Made by a program: the position numbers and the translations under genes. Positions 1 to 9,379 of a stretch of DNA of 64,000 nt are shown piece after piece. Position 1 is the first letter of the stretch; the number at the start of each line of letters is the position of its first letter. Source of the stretch: an uncultured Lentisphaerales bacterium (GTDB lineage: Bacteria; Verrucomicrobiota; Kiritimatiellia; RFP12; JAAYLN01); contig CAZRGQ010000003.1 of assembly GCA_964599645.1 (NCBI GenBank), forward strand, positions 17,565-81,564, given 5' to 3'. A model generated the notes under the pieces. That model saw nothing but the letters and a program-made list of their open reading frames with translations, ran no database searches and was not told the DNA's origin.

Positions 1-28
1 GGACAGCCGCTGATTTCAAGGAGCCGCC

Positions 29-1093
29 ATGGGCAATCCACAACTGGTAAACACCAACATCAAATCGGTCGAGCTGCTCGCCTCGCCGCAGCAGATCAGG
101 GAAGAGATTCCCCTGACAGCCGCCAGCGCCAGCACCGCCCTCTTCGGACGCGAGACGATCGAACAGATTCTCGATAACGAAGATCCGCGCCTGATGGCGG
201 TGGTCGGCCCCTGCTCGATCCACAACATCGAGGGGGGTCTGGAGTATGCCCGCCGTCTCAAGCAGCTCAGTGAGGAGGTTTCGGAGACGATCTACCTCAT
301 CATGCGCGTCTACTTCGAGAAGCCGCGTTCAGCCCTCGGCTGGAAGGGCTTTGTCAACGACCCCTACATGAACGACACCTTCCACATCGAAGAGGGTATC
401 CGCATGGCGCGCCGCTTCCTCTCCGACGTCGCCAAGATGGGCCTGCCGGCCGCCACCGAGGTGCTCGAAGCCCTCATGCCGCAGTATCTGGGCGACCTGA
501 TCTCCTGGTCGGTGATCGGCGCCCGCACCGCCGAGGCCCAGACCCACCGTGAGATCGCCAGCGGACTCTCCACGCCGGTCGGCTTCAAGAATGGCACCGA
601 CGGCTCACTGGCAGCCGCCATCAACGGCATGCGCTCAGCCCGCGGTGCGCACCACTTCCTCGGCGTCACCGAAGAGGGATTGCCGGCCGTCTTCAGCACC
701 ACCGGCAACGCCTACCCCCACATCGTCCTGCGCGGTGGCGGCGGCAGACCCAACTACGACGCCGCCAGCATCGCCGCCTGCGAGCGCGAGCTGCAGCAGG
801 CCGGTATGCCGTTGCGCATCATGATCGATTGCAGCCATGCCAACTCCAACAAAGACCATCAGTTGCAGGGGGCGGTGCTGCAGGATGTCCTGTCGCAGAT
901 TGAAGCCGGCAACCGCTCGATCTGCGGTATCATGCTGGAGAGCAATATCGAAGGCGGCTCACAACCGCTCACCGACCCCGCCCGCCTCAGCCCCTACTGT
1001 TCCGTCACCGATCCCTGTATCGATTGGGAGACGACTGAAAAGCTGCTGCGCGCAGCGCATCAACGCCTTCTGAAAGTACGCACCAGAGCCTGA
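29..1093 (+). CDS. 3-deoxy-7-phosphoheptulonate (DAHP) synthase, class I
   Basis: 354 aa ORF; N-terminal and core motifs typical of AroG/F/H (…[19 protein letters not shown]…; [11 protein letters not shown]; [15 protein letters not shown]). Established family knowledge. Confidence 0.88.
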   Translation: MGNPQLVNTNIKSVELLASPQQIREEIPLTAASASTALFGRETIEQILDNEDPRLMAVVGPCSIHNIEGGLEYARRLKQLSEEVSETIYLIMRVYFEKPRSALGWKGFVNDPYMNDTFHIEEGIRMARRFLSDVAKMGLPAATEVLEALMPQYLGDLISWSVIGARTAEAQTHREIASGLSTPVGFKNGTDGSLAAAINGMRSARGAHHFLGVTEEGLPAVFSTTGNAYPHIVLRGGGGRPNYDAASIAACERELQQAGMPLRIMIDCSHANSNKDHQLQGAVLQDVLSQIEAGNRSICGIMLESNIEGGSQPLTDPARLSPYCSVTDPCIDWETTEKLLRAAHQRLLKVRTRA

Positions 1094-1097
1094 CACC

Positions 1098-2312
1098 ATG
1101 AAATCTGCAGAGTATCAGCAACCCGATAGTGGCGGACACTTCGGCCCCTACGGCGGACGCTACGTCGGCGAGACGCTCATCGCCGTCCTCAACGAGTTGG
1201 AGGCGGCCTGGGCCGGGGCCAGCCGTGATCCGGCCTTTCACGACGCCTTTCACACCATGTTGCGCGACTACGCCGGACGCCCTACGCCGCTCGATTCGGC
1301 AGCGCGTCTCTCCGACCATCTCGGCGGCGCCCGCATCTACCTCAAGCGTGAAGACTGCACCCACACCGGCGCCCACAAGATCAACAACGTCGTGGGGCAG
1401 GGACTGCTGGCGCGCCGCATGGGCAAGCGCAAGCTGATCGCCGAGACAGGCGCCGGCCAGCACGGCGTGGCCACCGCCACGATTGCTGCTCGCTTCGGCC
1501 TCGGCTGCAAGGTCTTCATGGGGGCCGAGGATGTGCGACGCCAGGCCCCCAATGTGCAGCGCATGGAGCTGCTCGGCGCCGAGGTGGTGCCTGTCACCGC
1601 TGGCACCGCCACACTCAAAGATGCGATGAACGAAGCCCTGCGCTACTGGGTCTCCGAGGTCGAAGATACCTTCTACGTCATCGGCACCGTCTCAGGCCCG
1701 CACCCCTATCCTGTCATGGTGCGCGACCTGCAGCGCGTGATCGGCGACGAGGCCCGCCGCCAGATGTTGGCGCAGGTGGGACGCCTGCCCGACCTGCTCG
1801 TCGCCTGCGTCGGTGGCGGCAGCAACGCCATGGGGCTCTTCTATCCCTTTCTCAACGACCCCTGTGAGATGCTCGGGGCCGAGGCTGGCGGCAGCGGACT
1901 CGCTACCGCATACCATGCCGCCTCGATCAGCGGCGGCTCGCCCGGTACGCTGCATGGCGCCATGACCTACCTGCTGCAGAACAGCGACGGCCAGATCCAC
2001 GAAGCCTGGTCGCTATCGGCGGGGCTCGACTACCCCGGTGTCGGACCCGAACATGCCCTGCTGCACGACCTCAAGCGGGTGCGCTACACCGCTATCACCG
2101 ATGCCGAGGCGGTTGAGGCCTTTCAGCTTCTCTGTCGTTTCGAGGGGATCATCCCGGCGCTCGAGAGCGCACACGCCCTCGCCGCCGCCATCCGTGAGGC
2201 GCGCCAGCGCCCCCGCGATGCCGCTATCCTGGTCAATCTCTCAGGACGCGGCGACAAAGACCTGGCCCACGTGCAGGAGTATCTGGCCCAACAGCGGGAG
2301 CAGCAGTCATGA
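1098..2312 (+). CDS. trpB: tryptophan synthase beta chain
   Basis: 404 aa. [15 protein letters not shown]-terminus; PLP-lysine region (HTGAHKINN); GGGSNAMG motif. 4-nt overlap with trpA. Confidence 0.92.
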   Translation: MKSAEYQQPDSGGHFGPYGGRYVGETLIAVLNELEAAWAGASRDPAFHDAFHTMLRDYAGRPTPLDSAARLSDHLGGARIYLKREDCTHTGAHKINNVVGQGLLARRMGKRKLIAETGAGQHGVATATIAARFGLGCKVFMGAEDVRRQAPNVQRMELLGAEVVPVTAGTATLKDAMNEALRYWVSEVEDTFYVIGTVSGPHPYPVMVRDLQRVIGDEARRQMLAQVGRLPDLLVACVGGGSNAMGLFYPFLNDPCEMLGAEAGGSGLATAYHAASISGGSPGTLHGAMTYLLQNSDGQIHEAWSLSAGLDYPGVGPEHALLHDLKRVRYTAITDAEAVEAFQLLCRFEGIIPALESAHALAAAIREARQRPRDAAILVNLSGRGDKDLAHVQEYLAQQREQQS

Positions 2313-3118
2313 ACCGCATCGACCTTAAATTTAAAGAGCTTGCCGCCGCCGGACGCAAGGCGCTCGTCGCCTTCCTCACCGCCGGTGATCCCGACTACGA
2401 TACCAGCCTGCAGATCCTGAGCGCTGCCTGCGCCGCTGGCGTCGATATCGTCGAGCTGGGCGTCCCCTTCTCCGATCCCACGGCCGACGGCCCCACCATC
2501 CAGCGGGCTTCACAGCGCGCCCTCAAAAGCGGCATGTCGCTGGCGCGTGTGCTGGAGTTGGCCGCCGCCCTGCGCCAGCGCGTCGCCACGCCCATCATCC
2601 TCTTCAGCTACTACAATCCGCTCTTCAAATTCGGTCTGGAGCGCTTTGCCGCCGCAGCAGCAGCCGCCGGTGTCGATGGCACCCTGGTGGTCGACCTGCC
2701 GCCCGAGGAGGCTGCGCCTCTCGCCGCCGCCCTGGCACCGCACCGGCTCCACATCATCCGCCTGGTGGCCCCCACCACCACCCCGCAACGCCTGCAGATG
2801 CTCTGCGCCGGCGCCGGCGGCTTTATCTACCTCATCAGCCGCACCGGTGTCACCGGCAGCGGCGGGGTCGACTATCACGCCATTGCCCGCCATGCCGCCA
2901 CGGTCAAGGCCGCCTCGCCCCATCCCGTCTGTATCGGCTTCGGCATTACCAGCGGCAACGATGCCCGTGCGCTGGCGCCCATGGCCGATGGCGTGGTCGT
3001 CGGTTCGGCGCTGGTCGAGATCATCGCTCGCCACACCACCGCCCCCGATCTGCCACAGCGTGTCGCTGCCCTGCTCAGCGAGCTGCGCAGCGGCTGCGAT
3101 GATACGGCGACGCCGTGA
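2309..3118 (+). CDS. trpA: tryptophan synthase alpha chain
   Basis: 269 aa. [38 protein letters not shown] motifs. ATGA overlap with trpB stop. Confidence 0.9.
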   Translation: MNRIDLKFKELAAAGRKALVAFLTAGDPDYDTSLQILSAACAAGVDIVELGVPFSDPTADGPTIQRASQRALKSGMSLARVLELAAALRQRVATPIILFSYYNPLFKFGLERFAAAAAAAGVDGTLVVDLPPEEAAPLAAALAPHRLHIIRLVAPTTTPQRLQMLCAGAGGFIYLISRTGVTGSGGVDYHAIARHAATVKAASPHPVCIGFGITSGNDARALAPMADGVVVGSALVEIIARHTTAPDLPQRVAALLSELRSGCDDTATP

Positions 3119-4632
3119 TCTCCCGCGCCGCACCGCTCCTGACGTTACAGGGTGAAGCCACTGCCGCCTGCTTCGCCGGCGACTGCTGGCGCATCCTGCC
3201 GGGTCAGCAGTGGGTAGTGACCGGCCCCAACCGCAGTGGCAAGTCGCTGCTCGGCGCCCTGCTGGCCGGACAAGCCGTCGTGCCGGGCGTCGTTATTACC
3301 CCGGCACCGGAGATCGAAGAGCGGGTGGCGCTTGTCTCGTTCGAGTCACAACGCAGCGAGACGCGTCACGGCTGGCTGCAGGCCCGCTGGCACTCACTCG
3401 ATGAGCATGAGGCCGATGCTACGGTGGCCCGGCTCCTCTCATACGAAAGCGTCAACCAGATCAACCCCTTTGAGATACGCCCCCCCGAGCTGCAGGCGCG
3501 TCGTCGCTTCGCCCGGCAGCAGCAGGAGGTGCTGGCGCTCTTCGATCTGGCTCACCTGCTGCCACAGAGCCTGCTGCAGCTCTCGCACGGCGAACTGCAA
3601 CGCGCCCTGCTGGTCCGGGCGCTGCTGCAGCGCCCACGCCTGCTGATCCTCGACGACCCCTTCGCCGGAGTCGATGCCGCCATGAGTCGCAGATTGCACC
3701 ACACTCTCGACCATCTGGCACAGAGCGGGGTAACCCTGGTGGTGATGGTACGCCATCGCGACGAGATTCCCGCCGCCGCCACGCACGAATTGCAACTCCG
3801 CGCCTGTCGCATTGTACGCCGCTGCAAGCTGCCTGCCCGCCGCGCTACTGCGCCAGAGAGCGAGATGGCGTCAGCGCCCCGCAATACCACCATATTGCCA
3901 CCAGCCTGCGGCAGTCAGGCTGCGGCAAAGCCTGCCGTTGCCACCCCCTCGGCGGTGATCGAGCTGCGGGCGCTCAACCTCGCCTTTGGCAATCGCACCC
4001 TCTTTCACGACTTCAATTGGCGCGTACTGGCCGGCGAACGCTGGGTAATTCTGGGACCCAACGGCAGCGGCAAGACGACGCTGCTGAGCCTGATCAGCGG
4101 CGACAATCCACGCGCCTACGCCCACGATATCCGCCTCTTCGGCAGACCCCGCCGGGTAGGTGAAAACCTCTGGGCGCTGCGGCAGCGCATCGGCAGCCTC
4201 TCGCCCGAGATGCAGCGTTTTCTCGACCCCGGCTTGCCCCTCCTGCAACTGGTGCTGTCAGGCCGTATCAACCGGAGCGGCATCGTCTGCCGTCCGGTGG
4301 CGGCGGCACGACAACACGCCCTGGAGCTGCTCTCCCGCTTCGGCCTGCGGCACGAAGCCGCCACCCCCTGCGGCGCACTGACCGACGGCCAGCAGCGCCT
4401 CGGACTGATCGCCCGTGCGCTCCATGCCCGCCCCCGCCTGTTACTGCTCGACGAGCCCTGCTTCAATCTCGACCGGGAGTCCCGCCATCTGGTACTGACC
4501 GCCATCACGCAGCTCCTGCAAGCGGAACCAGCTCTCACTGCCATCTGCGTCGCCCACCGCCCCGACGATATCCCTGCCGGCTTCGACCACCTGCTGCGGC
4601 TTGGCGGGGAGGCGAGTGGGGATTCAGGATAA
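3115..4632 (+). CDS. ABC-type ATPase with two tandem nucleotide-binding domains (ModF-like architecture)
   Basis: 505 aa. Two Walker A boxes (GPNRSGKS, GPNGSGKTT), two ABC signature/Walker B regions (LSHGELQRALLVRALLQRPRLLILDDP; LTDGQQRLGLIARALHARPRLLLLDEP). GTG start overlapping trpA stop (GTGA). Confidence 0.7.
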   Translation: MISRAAPLLTLQGEATAACFAGDCWRILPGQQWVVTGPNRSGKSLLGALLAGQAVVPGVVITPAPEIEERVALVSFESQRSETRHGWLQARWHSLDEHEADATVARLLSYESVNQINPFEIRPPELQARRRFARQQQEVLALFDLAHLLPQSLLQLSHGELQRALLVRALLQRPRLLILDDPFAGVDAAMSRRLHHTLDHLAQSGVTLVVMVRHRDEIPAAATHELQLRACRIVRRCKLPARRATAPESEMASAPRNTTILPPACGSQAAAKPAVATPSAVIELRALNLAFGNRTLFHDFNWRVLAGERWVILGPNGSGKTTLLSLISGDNPRAYAHDIRLFGRPRRVGENLWALRQRIGSLSPEMQRFLDPGLPLLQLVLSGRINRSGIVCRPVAAARQHALELLSRFGLRHEAATPCGALTDGQQRLGLIARALHARPRLLLLDEPCFNLDRESRHLVLTAITQLLQAEPALTAICVAHRPDDIPAGFDHLLRLGGEASGDSG

Positions 4633-4649
4633 TGCCGCAACTATCGGCT

Positions 4650-4733
4650 GACTCGCTGCGCTCGCCAGCCAATTGCGGCTGGGTGGCGGAGGATAGCTGC
4701 TCGCCGGCCTCAGATTGGCGAGCGTAGCGAGTC
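4650..4733. repeat. imperfect inverted repeat (17-bp arms GACTCGCTGCGCTCGCC / GGCGAGCGTAGCGAGTC, 16/17 complementary, ~50-bp spacer) directly after the ABC gene and at the left edge of the AT-rich island
   Basis: Read directly from sequence; no T-tract follows, so not a classical intrinsic terminator. Confidence 0.4.
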
Positions 4734-5088
4734 GATCGGCTATTCACTCCAGATTCGCCTGTTCCACATAATGTTCAGGCAACTCTGCGGCAATGGCAGG
4801 CACCAGAGTTTTAAACTCGTGCACTTGTTTGACAAGGTTGCAGCAAGTTTTCATCTGTGCTCCGCCTGGCGGCAGTGTGCTCCAATCCCATAGATAGACT
4901 TTGGGTTGTTTGCGCAGGGATTTATTGATGCTCTCAGCACCATGTCGCTTCTGCGTCGAGGGTCGAGAGTCGCAAAAAAGGCCTCCCGTAGTTCCCGTGG
5001 TCACTGCGGCTGCCATTGCTCCAGACTGTCTTGCCCAAAAAGACTATTATGCTTGAAACCGTCTTTAGAAAAAAGCTATATTAGCGTT

Positions 5089-6375
5089 ATGCGACAAGTT
5101 ATAGAGATGTTGGTTAGTGAAGCTGTGACGCGTAATATACCAAAAGGTGTGCCGCGTGAACTCGCTATAAAAAAGATGCCGGGAAAGGTTTCGATATTAA
5201 CCGGTATGCGTCGAACAGGCAAAACCTGGCTCTGCTTTCAAACAATGCACTCCCTGTTAGCCGCCGGAGTTGAGCGGGAGCGCCTGCTCTATTTGAATTT
5301 TGAGGATGACCGTTTGGCTGATCTCACCATTAACGATATGCGTTGGATCACGGAATCCTATTACAATCTATTTCCAGAGTACAAGGACAAGCTTTGTTGG
5401 TTCTTCTTTGACGAGATACAACGTATTGAGAGATGGGAGCTTTTTATACGCCGTCTGCTGGATAGTGAAAAAGTGGAACTGACCTTGACAGGCTCTTCTG
5501 CAAAACTACTCAGTCGGGAAATTGGCACCGCCATGCGAGGCCGTGCAGTGGTAACTGAAGTTTTTCCACTCACATTCCGCGAATACTGCAACTTTAACGA
5601 TGTCGCACTACCTGAGCGCAAACTCTACAGTAGTCGTGACAGGCATAGATTTTTAAATGCCGCCATGCGATATTTGGAAGTCGGTGGATTTCCCGAGGTA
5701 CAGCGCTGCGAACTCGAACTGTGGCGTAATGTGCTTCAAGGGTATGTTGATGTTGTTTTGCTGCGTGATGTAATTGAGCGCCATAAGCTTGGCAACTATA
5801 TGGCTGCCAAAGCTCTTGCGCGCCACATCCTGCAAAATCCCGGGCAGCTTTTGAGTGTTACCCGGCTGGCGGCAACCTTCTCACAAAGTGGCATTGCCTG
5901 CGGCAAGAACTTGTTATTCGAGTTGCTGGATCATCTGCATGACGCCTATTTTTGCTATCCCGTTGAGTTACATGATCGCTCTCTGAAGAGGAGGCAGGTT
6001 AATCCCAAAAAAGTTTACTCTATCGATAGTGGTCTATGCAGAGCCTTTGCAACCGGAGAGACCCGCGATCTGGGAACGTTCTTAGAGGGGGTTGTTTTCG
6101 CGGCTTTGAGAGCACGCAACATCTATCCTGACTATGTTATTACGCCCAAGAAATGGGAGGTCGATTTTGTCTTTCAGGAACAAGGTAAGTGGCATTTGTT
6201 ACAGGCTTGCTGGTCGTTATCAGATTCTAAGGTCGCAGAACGTGAGTTGCGGGCATTACAAGATGCTTTGGAGCTACACCCTGAGGCACACCGCACGATT
6301 GTCACCTGGAGCGATGAGGACGAGCGTGATGGTGTTAGTGTTGTGCCACTTTGGCGGTGGCTGCTTGATGGCTAA
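5089..6375 (+). CDS. AAA+ ATPase of the COG1373 / DUF4143 family
   Basis: Walker A (LTGMRRTGKTWL), Walker B (FFFDEIQ), C-terminal K-x-PK-x-Y-x-x-D-x-G motif (NPKKVYSIDSGL) typical of the DUF4143 region. The segment is markedly AT-richer than its flanks. The ORF-track N-terminal extension from 4906 (TTG) is not credible. Confidence 0.7.
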   Translation: MRQVIEMLVSEAVTRNIPKGVPRELAIKKMPGKVSILTGMRRTGKTWLCFQTMHSLLAAGVERERLLYLNFEDDRLADLTINDMRWITESYYNLFPEYKDKLCWFFFDEIQRIERWELFIRRLLDSEKVELTLTGSSAKLLSREIGTAMRGRAVVTEVFPLTFREYCNFNDVALPERKLYSSRDRHRFLNAAMRYLEVGGFPEVQRCELELWRNVLQGYVDVVLLRDVIERHKLGNYMAAKALARHILQNPGQLLSVTRLAATFSQSGIACGKNLLFELLDHLHDAYFCYPVELHDRSLKRRQVNPKKVYSIDSGLCRAFATGETRDLGTFLEGVVFAALRARNIYPDYVITPKKWEVDFVFQEQGKWHLLQACWSLSDSKVAERELRALQDALELHPEAHRTIVTWSDEDERDGVSVVPLWRWLLDG

Positions 6376-6427
6376 AATTTGTACTGATGAGAGTATTATG
6401 GTGGCACTTTGAAGGGAACATTTACCA

Positions 6428-9379
6428 ATGCTGAAGAAGATTTATCTGGATGAGACGCGACTGCTGCTTGAGGTGGTGGTGGAGTGGCTGGTGGGGCAGG
6501 TACGGCTTTCGGAGACGGGCGCACGGAGTCTGGACCATCTGTTGCTGGTAATGCCGACGCGCCAGGCGGGCAGGCGGCTGCGGTTGGCGCTGGCGGAGGC
6601 ACTGGGGGGCTGTATTCCGCCACAGATCAGGCAGCCGTATTCACTCTTGTTGCCGCAGGATGAGGCGCAGGTGGCATCGGCTGCGGAGTTGCTGGCGGTG
6701 ACGGGGCGGGTACTGCAGGAGGCGGAGGTGGCGCACTATCCGATGTTGTTGCCGCTATCGCTGGCGGAGCGAGGCCGGAGCTTCAGTTGGGGGGTGGGGG
6801 TGGCACGTCAGTTGATGGAGGTGTGGCAGATTCTGGCTGAGGATGGTCTGCTGATGGGCGATGCGGCGGCGCGAATAGAGGCGGGCGCGCTGGAGGGCGA
6901 GATTCCGCCGGAAGAGGAGACGCGCTGGCAGAGTCTGGCGCAGTTGGAAGAGCGGGTGATAGCAGAGTTGACAGCACGGGGGCTGAAGCACCCTTCGCTG
7001 GTGCGGCGTGAGGCAGTTGAGTCGCCGTGGTTGCCGGAGGGAGTCGAGCAGGTGGTCTTGCCGGCGCTGATCGATGCGCAACCGGCCTTCTATCGCGCCT
7101 TGGAGGCGTTGCGGGAGCGTCAGGGAGTGGAGGTGGTGGTATTGGTGCATGCGCCGGAGGGCGAGGCGGAGCTGTACGATGTATGGGGGCGTCCGCTGCC
7201 GGAGCGCTGGCAGCCGGAGGTGGCGCCGGCAATTGAGTTTCCGGAGGAACGCTGTATCCTGACGGCCAATTCGACAGAGCAGGCGGCGGCAGCGGCGGAG
7301 ATTGTGGCTGAGGTGGGGAGTGAGGAGGAGCTGCCGGCGCTCGGATTGGCAGATGAGGAGTTGTTCAGCCAGTTGCAGGCGGCCTTGTTGCGACAGCGGC
7401 GCGAACTGCACAACCCGGCGGCGATGCCGCTACTGGGATCGTCGCTGGGCAAGATCGTGATGCAGGTATTGCAGCTCTTGAGCAGACCGGACTACAGCGT
7501 GGCGGCGGCGTGGCTGCGCAGCGCCGATACGTGGCGCTTTTTGCAACAGCGACTCGGATTTGATGAGTCGGCCCACATGCGTGTTTTGGGGAGTCTGGAC
7601 AAGGTACGGCAGAGCCACCTGCCGCAGAGTTTGGCGGAGCTCCACCGCTTCAGCGGCATTGAAGATGAGTGGCGGGAGCTACACCGTAGCGTCGGTGTAT
7701 TGCGCGAGTTGGTGGAGGCGGGCAGCGAGGGATTGGCGGGGAGGTTGCGTCATTTTCTGGCGGAGCTTTTCAAACCGCGCCCGTTGGATGAGGAGTTGCC
7801 GGAGGATCGTGAGTTGCGGGCGGCGGCGGAGGCGCTTGATGAGGTGCTGAGGCTTTTTGAGAGTGAGAAGTTGCGGGGAGTGATAGGGAGTGAGCAGGAG
7901 GAGGCTGAGTTGCTGGCGGTGCTGTTGCAACAGGCGACCTACTCGTTGGAGCCGCAGGATCCGGAGACGATTCTGACCGATGGGTGGCTGGAGTTGCCGT
8001 GGAGCGGGGCGGCGGAGTTGATCATCTGCGGCATGAATGAGGAGTCGGTACCGGAGGCGGTGGTGGGGCATGCCTTTCTGCCCGACGGGCTGCGGCGCGC
8101 CCTGGGGCTCTCCGACAACGAACGGCGCTTGGCGCGGGATGCGACGCTGCTGCGCGGCTTGTTGCGGTCGCGGCAGCCGGGGAGTGTTACGCTGCTGCTG
8201 GAGCGGATGAATGATCGCGGGGATGTACGCAAGCCGTCGCGTCTGCTCTTTATGTGTGGCGAGAACGATAGGCTGTTGGCAGCACGGGCGGCACGACTCT
8301 ATCAGGATGCCGACCGGCCGGCGATGGGGCATCGGTGGGCACTGCCGGAACAGTGGCGCTTGCGACTGCCGTGGCCGGTGGTGGCGGGCGAAGCGGTGCC
8401 GGCGGAGTGGCCGACGGTGGAGCTGCCGAAGAGTGTCAGTGTAACGGCGTTGTCGCTCTATCTGGAGTCGCCCTTCAGATTCTTTTTACGCTATCTGCTC
8501 AAGATGGAGGAGAGTGGTGATCGTCAGCGCGAGATGGATAGCCTGATCTTTGGCGAAGTAATGCATCAGGTGTTACAGCAGTTCGGTGAGAGCCATGGGG
8601 GAGTGGCAGAGAGCAGTGATGCGGGGGAAGTTGAGGCATATCTGGGAGAGCTTTTAAAGAGAGAGCTGGAGGAGCGCTTTGGCAGGAATCCATCGCTGGT
8701 GCTACGCATGCAGGGAGAGACGTTGCGGCAGCGGCTGGGCTACTTTGCCGTAGAACATGCCGGGTTGATGGCCGCCGGGTGGCGCAGCGTGGCGACGGAA
8801 GAGAGTTTTGAAAAAGAGTATGCGGGAGTCAAGGTGCGGGGCAAGGTTGACCGGGTCGACTACCACCCCGAGCTGGGGTATCGGGTGATCGACTACAAGA
8901 CATGGGAGCGCAAAAGGGGGGATGAGGCACTCTTCTTCAAAAAGAAGAAGGAGGTGGCTGAGATGGAGCGGTTGGGGTATCCTCTTTTTGAGATAGACGG
9001 AGGCAAGGGAAAAAAACAACCGGTGGCGTGGCGTGATCTGCAGTTGGTCCTCTATCGCGACTTCTGGCAGACGCGGATGGCGGCGGCGGGAGGTGGAGCG
9101 TTGCCGATTGAGTGTGGCTACTTTGTGCTGGGCAGCAGTCGTGATGAGACGGCAATAGAGATGTGGTCGTTAGAGTCCTGTCTGCAGGAGGCCGATGCGA
9201 CAATCAAGCGGGCGCTGGCGGGAATCAAGGGGGGAGTCTTCTGGCCGCCACTGGAGATGCGAGGCGAATATGGGAGACTCTTTCCCGATGAGATGGAGCG
9301 CGGCATTGCGCCGCAGTGGGTGGCAGAGCAGGAGCGGCGCCTGGCAGCCTTGGGCGTGGCGGCGGGAGGTGAAGCGTGA
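6428..9379 (+). CDS. addB: helicase-nuclease subunit B-like protein (AddB/RexB-like, PD-(D/E)XK nuclease family)
   Basis: 983 aa, directly upstream of and overlapping an AddA-like UvrD helicase (GTGA overlap). C-terminal RecB-type nuclease motif (VDRVDYHPELGYRVIDYKT). N-terminal degenerate helicase-like region without an intact Walker A. Confidence 0.7.
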   Translation: MLKKIYLDETRLLLEVVVEWLVGQVRLSETGARSLDHLLLVMPTRQAGRRLRLALAEALGGCIPPQIRQPYSLLLPQDEAQVASAAELLAVTGRVLQEAEVAHYPMLLPLSLAERGRSFSWGVGVARQLMEVWQILAEDGLLMGDAAARIEAGALEGEIPPEEETRWQSLAQLEERVIAELTARGLKHPSLVRREAVESPWLPEGVEQVVLPALIDAQPAFYRALEALRERQGVEVVVLVHAPEGEAELYDVWGRPLPERWQPEVAPAIEFPEERCILTANSTEQAAAAAEIVAEVGSEEELPALGLADEELFSQLQAALLRQRRELHNPAAMPLLGSSLGKIVMQVLQLLSRPDYSVAAAWLRSADTWRFLQQRLGFDESAHMRVLGSLDKVRQSHLPQSLAELHRFSGIEDEWRELHRSVGVLRELVEAGSEGLAGRLRHFLAELFKPRPLDEELPEDRELRAAAEALDEVLRLFESEKLRGVIGSEQEEAELLAVLLQQATYSLEPQDPETILTDGWLELPWSGAAELIICGMNEESVPEAVVGHAFLPDGLRRALGLSDNERRLARDATLLRGLLRSRQPGSVTLLLERMNDRGDVRKPSRLLFMCGENDRLLAARAARLYQDADRPAMGHRWALPEQWRLRLPWPVVAGEAVPAEWPTVELPKSVSVTALSLYLESPFRFFLRYLLKMEESGDRQREMDSLIFGEVMHQVLQQFGESHGGVAESSDAGEVEAYLGELLKRELEERFGRNPSLVLRMQGETLRQRLGYFAVEHAGLMAAGWRSVATEESFEKEYAGVKVRGKVDRVDYHPELGYRVIDYKTWERKRGDEALFFKKKKEVAEMERLGYPLFEIDGGKGKKQPVAWRDLQLVLYRDFWQTRMAAAGGGALPIECGYFVLGSSRDETAIEMWSLESCLQEADATIKRALAGIKGGVFWPPLEMRGEYGRLFPDEMERGIAPQWVAEQERRLAALGVAAGGEA

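Noticed and set aside
2547-3155. Pro/Ser-rich 202-aa ORF overlapping trpA in another frame (and similar 549..824, 1129..1437 overlapping aroG/trpB)
   Set aside because: Alternative-frame artefacts of GC-rich coding sequence. The trp genes are unambiguous.
4744-5016. Minus-strand 90-aa ORF with a KQPKVYLWDWS segment vaguely resembling the DUF4143 K-x-PK-x-Y-x-x-D-x-G motif (possible fragment of another COG1373 ATPase)
   Set aside because: Similarity is limited to a few residues (DWS instead of DSG). Too weak to call a pseudogene without a database alignment.
4906-5088. N-terminal 61-codon extension (TTG start) of the COG1373 ATPase ORF
   Set aside because: The extension is Cys/Arg-rich junk and overlaps the AT-rich leader. 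The conserved ATPase N-terminus begins at the ATG at 5089.
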